Assembly: GCA_026389455.1 (NCBI GenBank)
Contig: JAPLHV010000180.1
Location: 1 to 57,573 of the forward strand
Origin: Coprothermobacterota bacterium
GTDB lineage: Bacteria > Caldisericota > JANLFM01
Length of the DNA stretch: 57,573 nt
Direction of reading: 5' to 3'
This document shows positions 1 through 7,864 of this stretch, in pieces. Below the pieces are notes generated by a model that had not been told where the DNA came from, searched no databases, and saw nothing but the letters and a program-made list of their open reading frames with translations. Position 1 is the stretch's first letter. Every line of letters starts with the position of its first letter. Both the position numbers and the translations under genes were made by a program.

Positions 1-45
1 AAGATCTCAGATAGAGTTCGCCACTGCGCATGATTGTTGTTCGTC

Positions 46-83
46 CCTGGGAGCCTTTGGTTTGGGCTCCCAGGTCTTTTTTT
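46..83 (+). terminator. Intrinsic terminator-like hairpin
   Basis: CCTGGGAGCC...GGCTCCCAGG stem followed by a T run. Confidence 0.6.
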
Positions 84-188
84 GTGAAGGGAGCCCACTT
101 CCCAATAAGAGAAAGAAGTTGGCGCAATTGAAACCGCTGCCTGCACGGCAGTCTCTGAAGTCAGGCTAATCCCACCACTTGGGTTAAG

Positions 189-536
189 GTGGAGAAAGAA
201 ACTAAAGTGAACAGTTGTATTGTCTGTGGAATTGAAGTTGTTGCAAGTGATTTACGCGCATCCTTTCCCCACCTGTTCAGTCAGGTTGACCGCTTCGGCG
301 AAGAATCTCTCACCGAAGCAGAGCAGTTGATCTATGCGGAGAAGGTTTGTGCTGCTTGCAGCGCAACGCTACCCCCTTGGGGGTTGCCGAATGAATCCAA
401 AGCTAAGGACGAAGAAGCGTGGTGGGCAGAAGAGGATGAGCGGGAACGACGGCATTACGCCGAGGTCATGGCAGATGTACTCGAAATGGAACTCACCGCA
501 AAGGCCAAACCTCAATGGGTCTTACTGAATAGATAA
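189..536 (+). CDS. Hypothetical protein with two CxxC pairs
   Basis: 115-aa ORF with CIVC and CAAC motifs, co-oriented with neighbours. Confidence 0.55.
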   Translation: MEKETKVNSCIVCGIEVVASDLRASFPHLFSQVDRFGEESLTEAEQLIYAEKVCAACSATLPPWGLPNESKAKDEEAWWAEEDERERRHYAEVMADVLEMELTAKAKPQWVLLNR

Positions 537-696
537 TCCGGCAAAGGGCGCAACGTGGCTCTGGGAGCCTTTGGAATTGGGTCTCCTTATAGAAACAAAG
601 GAACCCAATTATTAACAAAGAAAGGAGGTTGGCTCAGTTGAGGCCATTGCTGTAGGGCCGTCACTTCGTACTACAAATAGGAAAGGAGAATGCCTG

Positions 697-1722
697 ATGA
701 AATGTGATCAGGACAAGGATGGCATTGACCACATCAACGTCTACTCCCAAGGAAAGACGGAGTTGGGAAAGATGTTGAGCAACTTCTACCGCCTCCCCGT
801 CGATATTGATGGGATTACGTTTCAGTCCCTAGAGGGCTACTGGTACTGGCTCTCAACCGGAAAGGTTTATGGGGAATTGCTTAACCTCTATGGATATAGA
901 GCCAAAGAGAGAGGCAAGCAATTGCCAAAGGTCTTGATGAGCGAAGGTGAGTTTCACTGCGCGATTCTTCGCGCCATGCTGGCCAAGGTCGAGCAACACG
1001 AAAACCTGGCAAAGATGCTGAAAGAATCTGCTCTTCCGCTGACACATTACTACGTGTTCAATGGAAAAGAAGTGGACGCTGGTTGTTCCTGGGTTCTTTC
1101 CGGGTGGGAAACCATCCGTAAGAACCTCAATAACGGAGTCAATCTAAAACCTCCAGTCGGAGTGCAGGAGAACTTCGACGGTCACCTCCCGACTGATCTT
1201 GTAAAGTTGGGGGGAATATCCCTATCTACCCCAAACATCAGCAATTTGGAGAATGGCATTTATACGTCCTCCAAATTGTGTACTTGTGGTCCAGACTCCA
1301 TGGATATTACTAGAGGCGGAGCGAACTCAGTGTTCGCACCTTCTTGGAATATCCTCAAGAACTTCAAAGCGAAGGCTATCTCAGCTAACCAGTACAAGAA
1401 ACTGTACTGGGAGGAAATGGCGTCCTCTTGGAGCGTTGATAAGTCACCCTTCAAAACTCTCGTTGCCAAGGCCGCACAACATCCAGTGGTGCTGGTCTGC
1501 TACTGCTCTACGGGGCAGTTCTGCCACCGGATCCTTTTGGCCAAGGAGATCTTGGCCAGGAGATTGGGCTGCAAATATTTAGGGGAGATCGGAATCGTTC
1601 AGTGGGTCATCTGCCCCCACTGTGCATTTCATCTCCCTACCGTCCTTCTGCAGAAGTTGCGGAAAGAACACCAAATCCAGCGGTGTCCTTCCTGTGGGGG
1701 CATGCTGGCAGCCAAACCTTAA
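697..1722 (+). CDS. NADAR-like domain fused to DUF488-like domain and a C-terminal Zn ribbon
   Basis: N-terminal HINVYSQGKTELGKMLSNF...FQSLEGYWYWL is the phage NADAR-like pattern. C-terminal FAPSW...LVCYC...FCHRILLA is the DUF488 pattern, followed by CPHC/CPSC. RBS AAAGGAG. Confidence 0.65.
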   Translation: MKCDQDKDGIDHINVYSQGKTELGKMLSNFYRLPVDIDGITFQSLEGYWYWLSTGKVYGELLNLYGYRAKERGKQLPKVLMSEGEFHCAILRAMLAKVEQHENLAKMLKESALPLTHYYVFNGKEVDAGCSWVLSGWETIRKNLNNGVNLKPPVGVQENFDGHLPTDLVKLGGISLSTPNISNLENGIYTSSKLCTCGPDSMDITRGGANSVFAPSWNILKNFKAKAISANQYKKLYWEEMASSWSVDKSPFKTLVAKAAQHPVVLVCYCSTGQFCHRILLAKEILARRLGCKYLGEIGIVQWVICPHCAFHLPTVLLQKLRKEHQIQRCPSCGGMLAAKP

Positions 1723-1826
1723 GGCTTGGGTGGTGGCCTCAACCACCACCCAGAACCCCAATACCGCCGACAACAAATGTCGGCACACTCAAATCTCTCC
1801 TGATCGAGAAGAAAGAGGTAAATGAA

Positions 1827-2918
1827 GTGTATCAGAAGAAGTGGTTATTCGGCTCTATGCGAGCTGACCACCCGCTCGTTGTTTCAGCGAATGTTGAGGT
1901 GGCGTACCGACTGCGCGATATGTTCGTGCAGAATGCCCTCATCGACGGCGGTGACCCGAAGCGTGCTGCTGTGGTACTTAATCTGAACAACCCCGAGACA
2001 ATCTTCGTCTCGACTATCGCTGAGATGCAGGAAATGTTTAAGGCTGTCAGCCAACCCCGTGGAGAACTGGAAGTATTCGCCGCAGCCTTCCGCTATGTGC
2101 AGAAGGTCGTTGCTTCCCTCAACGAAATCGAGGAGAAGACAACGATTGAGACAAGAGAGTTTATTCCGGAGTTCCAGCACTTCTACGAAAAGGAAGAAGT
2201 GCGCAAGACCCAGACGATATTCCCCAACATGCGCCACTTGAACCGATTGCGCGTTTTCCCACGCGTCATCATCGCTGACAAAGCGGTGAAACGTTTTTCC
2301 TACCGCCAGGTCGCAGCGCCCCTCATTGCCGGCCTGTTGACTGGCAGATATGTGGGAGAAGCAGTTGGGTTCGCTTATCCGGGACCAAACCACGGTCCAC
2401 TGCAAATGACCCTGATCGACAAAAAGATCACCTCAGAGGCCAGCTACATCGCTGCTTTTACGTCTCAACCGTGGCGGGTTGTAAACAGCCGGGTCAAGAA
2501 AGGCGACGGTTTTGCGCCGTCACAACAAGACTTCCTTGATCTTCGAGAGTTCTTTCTCGACCGTCTGGCCGATGGCACGCCCGTCTGGCCAGGACGAATT
2601 GACACTGATCTAAGCGAACGCGAAATCACCCAGCACGCTAACGGCTATGCCACTAACGGCTGGGACGAAGACGGAGACGATGGGCTAGACCACAAGCGCC
2701 GATATACCCGCCTTACCGATCGCAACGAACTCGGGCGAGAGCCAGGAATTCGCTTGAGCAGTTCTGGAAACACGATCGGGCGCGAGAAGTCGGAGTTCAA
2801 TGATCCCGCCGTGCGGCTGGAGATGAACACAGAGAAACCACTTACCTTCAGCGCTCCGGAACGGCAGGTACAACGCCGTGAAGCTTATCACCGCTGGGTT
2901 AGCAAGCAACGTCGCTAG
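1827..2918 (+). CDS. Hypothetical protein (start uncertain; GTG 1827 follows GAGGT)
   Basis: Long open frame 1602-2918; RBS-like AAAGAGGT precedes GTG at 1827. Confidence 0.6.
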   Translation: MYQKKWLFGSMRADHPLVVSANVEVAYRLRDMFVQNALIDGGDPKRAAVVLNLNNPETIFVSTIAEMQEMFKAVSQPRGELEVFAAAFRYVQKVVASLNEIEEKTTIETREFIPEFQHFYEKEEVRKTQTIFPNMRHLNRLRVFPRVIIADKAVKRFSYRQVAAPLIAGLLTGRYVGEAVGFAYPGPNHGPLQMTLIDKKITSEASYIAAFTSQPWRVVNSRVKKGDGFAPSQQDFLDLREFFLDRLADGTPVWPGRIDTDLSEREITQHANGYATNGWDEDGDDGLDHKRRYTRLTDRNELGREPGIRLSSSGNTIGREKSEFNDPAVRLEMNTEKPLTFSAPERQVQRREAYHRWVSKQRR

Positions 2919-2986
2919 TTAGCAGCCACGCATTTGCCCGGGAGTCTCAGCAATGGGGCTCCCGGGAATCTCAAAAAGGAGAAGAA

Positions 2987-3331
2987 ATGAGAGTGATCAT
3001 TGCAGGCAGCCGCAGTTGCACTGACATACAACAAATAGAGGTTGCCGTTGCAGCCTCCGGCTTTAAGCCAAGCCTCATTATCAGCGGGTGCGCCAGGGGA
3101 GTTGACCGACTTGGCGAAACTTGGGCTTCCAACCATGGGATTCCCATAGAGAAATATCCAGCAAATTGGGACGCCTATGGCAAGTCAGCAGGGTACCGCA
3201 GAAACGCAGTTATGGCATCTAACGCCGATGTCCTCATTGCTGTCTGGGATGGGCACAGTCCCGGGACAAGACACATGATCGACACTGCCATTGGGATGGG
3301 ATTAAGTGTCTACATTCATCAGATCTCTTAG
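2987..3331 (+). CDS. SLOG superfamily protein (DUF2493/cpYpsA-like)
   Basis: MRVIIAGSR...IISGCARGVD...AGYRRNAVMA...WDGHSPGTRHMI; RBS AAGGAG. Confidence 0.85.
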   Translation: MRVIIAGSRSCTDIQQIEVAVAASGFKPSLIISGCARGVDRLGETWASNHGIPIEKYPANWDAYGKSAGYRRNAVMASNADVLIAVWDGHSPGTRHMIDTAIGMGLSVYIHQIS

Positions 3332-3776
3332 CTCAAACCAAGTGTTCGTTTTTGGATCAAACTCCACTGGATTTCATGGCGCTGGCGCTGCGGGATTTGC
3401 CTTCCGTGGCACTGCTGAAAACTCCTGGAGAAGTGATCCGTTCTTTCTGGCTGCCATGAAATCGCCGACCGGCAGCATGCTTCGCCTCGGCCGATGGGCT
3501 GTGTACGGAATAGCGCGTGGTTACCAGGTGGGTCGTGAGGGCAGATCGTATGCTGTCTGCACCATCGCTCGCCCGGGGCTGCTCAGGTCCGTCTCCTTGG
3601 ATGACATCAAGCAGCAGCTTACCGAGATGGCGAAGTTCGCCAAGCTCAACAGAGAGTTGCAGTTTCTATGCAGCAAAGTCGGATGTGGCCGCTCCGGCTA
3701 TGCGGAGAGCGAAATCATGGGCATTTGGCCAGAAATGCCAAGCAACGTGATCAATCCAAAGTGGTCAGAAAGGTAA
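3306..3776 (+). CDS. Macrodomain-like phage protein (A1S_2505-like)
   Basis: VFVFGSN..GFHGAGAA and KVGCGRSG motifs; start position uncertain. Confidence 0.7.
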   Translation: MSTFIRSLSSNQVFVFGSNSTGFHGAGAAGFAFRGTAENSWRSDPFFLAAMKSPTGSMLRLGRWAVYGIARGYQVGREGRSYAVCTIARPGLLRSVSLDDIKQQLTEMAKFAKLNRELQFLCSKVGCGRSGYAESEIMGIWPEMPSNVINPKWSER

Positions 3777-3783
3777 AACAAAG

Positions 3784-4113
3784 ATGTCATACTGTTTGAT
3801 TTGCAATACGGAAATGGATGACTATGGCGGCGGTTGCGATTGCAACCGTTTGTTCGTAGAGCACCTTATCTATCGAGATGGGGGCTTTCGCATGATAGCT
3901 GTCCTCATGCGCATGAGTGGGGTGAGCTTCCCCCTCATTTTCGATCTATTCCAAAGCCAAAGCATCAAAGTCCCACGCGACCTTGATATCCATAGAGCGA
4001 TTGGAATATTGTGGCGTAGACTTAAGAAGAACTTCCCGCCAGCTTACAAAAACAATCGTTTAATCCGCCCAAACACCAGCGTCATCTCCGATTGGCCAGA
4101 ATTCCCTGGTTAA
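3784..4113 (+). CDS. Hypothetical protein
   Basis: 109-aa ORF with N-terminal Cys cluster, tightly coupled to the upstream gene. Confidence 0.55.
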   Translation: MSYCLICNTEMDDYGGGCDCNRLFVEHLIYRDGGFRMIAVLMRMSGVSFPLIFDLFQSQSIKVPRDLDIHRAIGILWRRLKKNFPPAYKNNRLIRPNTSVISDWPEFPG

Positions 4114-4118
4114 ACCAA

Positions 4119-4165
4119 GCTGAAACGAAGGAGTAGGACAGCACTCCCACTACTTCAGATGCAGA
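4119..4165 (+). repeat. Highly degenerate hammerhead-related intergenic repeat (copy 1)
   Basis: GCTGAAA...GGAGT-AGGACAGC-ACTCC; same GACAG loop as the other copies with a compensated stem. Confidence 0.5.
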
Positions 4166-4389
4166 CAACTGTAATTTCCCCGGAGTTCAGAAAGGTAGAA
4201 GAGATGAATCGTATTTGTGTTTTTTGCGGAGATAAGTATGACCCGAATGACCTTCACCTGCAGGATGATCGCGAAACAGTGCTGTTCTGCGCACATTTTG
4301 GGAAGACTCTCACCGAAACGGAGCAGGCAATTGTTGAGGGTACGATCTGCACCCTTTGTGCCCTCAACGGGCAAATAGCCGGTAGGTAG
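4159..4389 (+). CDS. Small Cys-rich hypothetical protein
   Basis: CVFC and CTLC motifs; may start at ATG 4204. Confidence 0.5.
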   Translation: MQTTVISPEFRKVEEMNRICVFCGDKYDPNDLHLQDDRETVLFCAHFGKTLTETEQAIVEGTICTLCALNGQIAGR

Positions 4390-4393
4390 TAAA

Positions 4394-4446
4394 GCCGAAA
4401 TCTGGGGTGGTGACAGCGCCCCAGAATCTGAAACAAGAGATGAGGC
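4394..4446 (+). repeat. Degenerate hammerhead copy (copy 2)
   Basis: GCC-GAAA-stem III-ATC...GAGATGA-GGC; core CTGATGA mutated and stem I lost. Confidence 0.75.
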
Positions 4447-4453
4447 AAAAAAA

Positions 4454-4837
4454 GTGAACGAGAAGTTTGTCCCAACAAAAGAGCAGATTCAGGAATATCG
4501 GGAAGAAGAGTTATACGCAATGAGCGCTGAGCGCTCCTTGGAGAGCGCTACTGACAGGTACATGATGGGTTGTGATGAAGCCATCGAGGAAGTTGCCAGG
4601 TTGGCCTCCGCACTATACAAGGCCTGTGACAATCTATATGAGAAAGATGTAGACGCAGCCAGCGAGGGCATGGACAACAACGACTTCGCCCAGGTTTTTC
4701 TCGCGGTTACAACGCCAGAGAGAAGAATCGTAAAAAGGGCCATGGAACTGGTTCTCTCGCAAAGGAATTGCTTAGTGTTTGATGTGCGTCTGCCAGAGAG
4801 TTTCCTGTTCGGCAAATTCGACGATTTTCCTGGATAG
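4454..4837 (+). CDS. Hypothetical protein
   Basis: 127-aa ORF with GTG start after GAGG. Confidence 0.6.
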   Translation: MNEKFVPTKEQIQEYREEELYAMSAERSLESATDRYMMGCDEAIEEVARLASALYKACDNLYEKDVDAASEGMDNNDFAQVFLAVTTPERRIVKRAMELVLSQRNCLVFDVRLPESFLFGKFDDFPG

Positions 4838-4870
4838 CCGAAATCTGGGGTGGGACAGCGCCCCCACATC
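4837..4870 (+). repeat. Truncated hammerhead copy (copy 3)
   Basis: GCCGAAATCTGGGGTGGGACAGCGCCCC, i.e. GAAA and stem III only. Confidence 0.75.
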
Positions 4871-4895
4871 AACAATCCCGAGAAAGGAAAATCTA

Positions 4896-5174
4896 ATGAA
4901 TTTAGCATCAGATGGAATAGGTGAAGTTATAGGCGTTTATTCTACGCACGGTCATAAGTTCAACCGTGTGGAGTACAACATCAAGTATAGGGGTAATGAC
5001 ACGCTGTACACCCACATACGGTGGGAGTCAGCATGGATGGTAATGATCGGTGATGAGGTTTTGCTCCAAGCTGGGCAGATTATCAACGATACTTATCTCA
5101 ACGCGATACTCTACCGTTTGCAAAGAAGGCCTGAGTGGTGGATGAACCGCACAGAAACCATGGTTAAGATTTAA
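4896..5174 (+). CDS. Hypothetical protein
   Basis: ATG 4896 after AAAGGA; part of the 4779-5174 open frame. Confidence 0.55.
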   Translation: MNLASDGIGEVIGVYSTHGHKFNRVEYNIKYRGNDTLYTHIRWESAWMVMIGDEVLLQAGQIINDTYLNAILYRLQRRPEWWMNRTETMVKI

Positions 5175-5253
5175 GCCGAAATCTGGGGTGGTGACAGCGC
5201 CCCAGGATCTGCGCGTACAAAGGTTATCGCGCACTGATGAGGCAATACCTTGT
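5175..5253 (+). ncRNA. Type II hammerhead ribozyme
   Basis: Stem II GCC(5175-77)/GGC(5241-43); GAAA 5178-81; stem III 5181-5208; AUC cleavage triplet ending C5209; stem I TGCGCG/CGCGCA; CTGATGA 5234-40; loop I AAGGT complementary to 3' tail ACCTT (pseudoknot). Confidence 0.88.
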
Positions 5254-5807
5254 TAGGGAAGCTTCGAGCGGGCCTCCCCACCTCCTAAAGCCCGTACTAT
5301 GGTCGGCCCTCTCCCCACCCGCCCACCCTGATCTCTTCCTCACCGTGTGTATTGGTCGTAAGCCTTTGCCTCGTGGCGCTCCGCTCCGCTCCGCGCCCCT
5401 CGGCCAAAACTTCAGAAGAATAAACCGCACTCCCTCCCTTGCTTTCTGCTCAAACCTACTTCCCGCCCGATTAAGCCTCTGTTCGCCGCTCCCCATCACC
5501 AGGTCCAACCCTTGGTCGCAACAGCTCCCAGCCTCAGCTCGCTTCGCTCGCTTCGGCCTAACAACGACAGAAGAAACCTGCTTTACCCGCCCACCCATTT
5601 CACCGCCCATCCCCCACAGTCCACCCCTTTCCCACCCCTTCCTTACCCCACTTCCCACTCGTTTCAAACCAAACAAATTCAAGACCTCCCCAAAACCAAG
5701 CAAGGTCAAGAGCAGTGCGCCCCCGCTCTTTTGAGGGGGACGGAATGAGGTAGAAAAAAACCTCTCTTCCTTTCCCTTCCATGGTCCTCGCATCCATGGA
5801 TGGAGAA

Positions 5808-5862
5808 AGTCAAAGGCTAGTCAAAGGCTAGTCAAAGGCTAGTCAAAGGCTAGTCAAAAGCT
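5808..5862 (+). repeat. Five tandem 11-bp repeats (AGTCAAAGGCT), iteron-like
   Basis: Four exact copies plus one with a single mismatch, inside a ~750-bp non-coding region. Confidence 0.9.
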
Positions 5863-6024
5863 CTTCCCCCCGTTTTTTTGAGGGGGGAGGGGAGGGTAGA
5901 AAAAGGTTTCCCAAAGGTGCAGCGCGGTTCGCACCAAAACGGGCATGCCTAGTTCTACTTCACTTCAACCCCTCAAAAATCAACTTCCGTAGCGTTAGCC
6001 AGCGTTCCGGACAAAGGAGATGAA

Positions 6025-6666
6025 ATGGCCAAGACAGTGAAAGCAGTACCACCCTCTCCAGTAGCCGTGGAGCCCCCCATCGACAGCCTCGCGTTTTCAG
6101 AGGTTGTCCAGATTCTGCCGTCGCCTAAGACGGTTGTCTTTTCTGGAGCTCGCCCCCAGATGACCCCAGGCGGCTGGGACAAGACCAACGCCTTTGTCGT
6201 AGCGGCCAAGTGCTACCTCTTCAGCTACGTGGAGTTCCTCACAAAGCGTGGCTACTGCCGTTTCGTGACCGGTGGGAATCTCGGCAGCGATGAGTGGTTT
6301 GCCGATGCTGTTCTTTTCGCCAAGACGAGCAATCCCGACATTGCTTTCGAGCTAGTTCTTCCCTTTCATGGCTACGAGAAGGCATGGAAAGACGACACTA
6401 AACAGGCCTTCTCAGCGCTCTGTGAGAAGGCCGATAAAGTCTCCTACGCCGATGAGATCAACCCACCGCCGAAAAGCCTCGATGCAGCGCGCAAGACTAT
6501 CGCCAACCTGATGAATCGCAACTCCATTGCTGCCAAGATGGCCGACTTGATCGTTCTCTTCGGAGAAGACAAGCCTGTCACAGCGATGAAGATTGCCGCA
6601 AACGGGAAGCGGACAGTTAGCGTCAGCTTCGCCGGCGACAACAAGTTTCTGGCCCGCGAGGGCTAG
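6025..6666 (+). CDS. SLOG family protein (YpsA/DUF1273-like)
   Basis: FVTGGNLGSDEWFADAV...LVLPFHGYEKAW...RN pattern; RBS AAAGGAG. Confidence 0.75.
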   Translation: MAKTVKAVPPSPVAVEPPIDSLAFSEVVQILPSPKTVVFSGARPQMTPGGWDKTNAFVVAAKCYLFSYVEFLTKRGYCRFVTGGNLGSDEWFADAVLFAKTSNPDIAFELVLPFHGYEKAWKDDTKQAFSALCEKADKVSYADEINPPPKSLDAARKTIANLMNRNSIAAKMADLIVLFGEDKPVTAMKIAANGKRTVSVSFAGDNKFLAREG

Positions 6667-6891
6667 ATGCATCTGAGCCAAGAAGCTTCCCGGCTCGTAC
6701 AAGCCATTTACGGTCGGGAAGCTTGCCTGGTCGCGCTCCCTCTTTGGCAGCGTCAACTTGAACCCCTCAGCAGCCCGCGTGAAGCCCGCCGCCTTGCCGA
6801 GGAACTCGATGGCGTACCCGACAGCGTCCGCAACGCACTGTTTGGATACATAAACCAGGCTCTGCGCCTGGAAAGGAGAGAAAATTGGTAA
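6667..6891 (+). CDS. Hypothetical protein
   Basis: Abuts the upstream stop and overlaps the next start. Confidence 0.5.
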   Translation: MHLSQEASRLVQAIYGREACLVALPLWQRQLEPLSSPREARRLAEELDGVPDSVRNALFGYINQALRLERRENW

Positions 6892-7265
6892 TTGAGAAAT
6901 CAGCAGTAAATGAAAAGTCAGCAAGCACCTCCAAGTGGCTCACCATCATTGCCATCATCGCCGTTCTGGCTATTCTCAGCACGATCGTCCTGACTGTTTT
7001 AGTGGTCAACCAAGCTCCTATCACAGCCGCTATCCCGGTTGTCACATCCGCCACCTACACGACAGCGACGGCCACGAAGCCCATCACCGCCAAGCAAGTC
7101 AGCTACATCAACGGCCTGGCCGTAAAAGCCAACCGTAACGCTAATTCATTCATCAGCGCCATGTTCAATGGAACAACCATAGGATCTCTAACCACGGTCC
7201 AAGCTTCCAAGGTAATCGAAGCCCTTCAGGCTATCGTCTACGCGACCCAGAAGGCAACCCCATAA
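6885..7265 (+). CDS. Membrane-anchored hypothetical protein
   Basis: N-terminal hydrophobic helix; TAKQVSYI...LTTVQASKVI motif common in phage proteins. Confidence 0.65.
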   Translation: MVIEKSAVNEKSASTSKWLTIIAIIAVLAILSTIVLTVLVVNQAPITAAIPVVTSATYTTATATKPITAKQVSYINGLAVKANRNANSFISAMFNGTTIGSLTTVQASKVIEALQAIVYATQKATP

Positions 7266-7470
7266 GAATCTGGATATTCTTCCTCGTTTTTCTGATCGCC
7301 CTCATTCTCCAGCTTGCCAACACTCTCACGCCTGAACCCGAATTAAGCAAAACGGAGAAATGGGAGTTGATGCTCTATTACCACGCTGACGAGGCCGGTT
7401 ATTAGCCAACAATTCATCGGGGGTCCATGGTCACGTGGGCCCCCTTCCTATTCTGAGAAAGGGAGATGCC

Positions 7471-7695
7471 ATGACAGCCATTCTGATTCGCTCAGATCAG
7501 AGAGCCTTCACGACAAACAACGAGATGATGATCACCAAGGCACTTTGCGATGATGCCCACTACAAGGAAGTCATCACCTCGTCGAAGGAGCTCCTCAGCT
7601 ATATCTCGTCACTTCCAGCAGCAAGCCCGCTGGCCAAATCGCTGATGAAAGTTGCAGCCAGAATCGATTGGAAACAGGAGGAAGGCAATGCCTGA
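7471..7695 (+). CDS. Hypothetical protein
   Basis: ATG 7471 after AAAGGGAG. Confidence 0.55.
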   Translation: MTAILIRSDQRAFTTNNEMMITKALCDDAHYKEVITSSKELLSYISSLPAASPLAKSLMKVAARIDWKQEEGNA

Positions 7696-7864
7696 GATTG
7701 AAAAGCTTCATTTGCTTTTCCGGGCTTCAGCAGCAATCAAGGCCTTGCTCAAAGAAGCCATCACACTCGAGAAACCGTTCAAAGAGCTGGGCGTTTCCTA
7801 CGCTATTCCCGACCTTGAAAAGGGTACTGTGATCGCCATCCTGGCAACTCTTGGACTAGCCTGA
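7688..7864 (+). CDS. Hypothetical protein
   Basis: ATG overlaps the upstream stop, RBS GGAGG; stop overlaps the next ATG. Confidence 0.5.
   Translation: MPEIEKLHLLFRASAAIKALLKEAITLEKPFKELGVSYAIPDLEKGTVIAILATLGLA

Noticed and set aside
4114-5253. Intergenic repeats as CRISPR repeats or integron attC sites
   Set aside because: They are separated by whole genes, lack RYYYAAC/GTTRRRY ends, and are better explained by the hammerhead fold.
5224-5797. ORFs of 65-189 aa on both strands in the origin-like region
   Set aside because: Low-complexity Pro/Gly-rich translations of C/G tracts with no RBS; likely spurious.
7386-7410. CTGACGA-GGCC as another hammerhead core
   Set aside because: No correctly placed GAAA or supporting stems; it lies in a probable small ORF.
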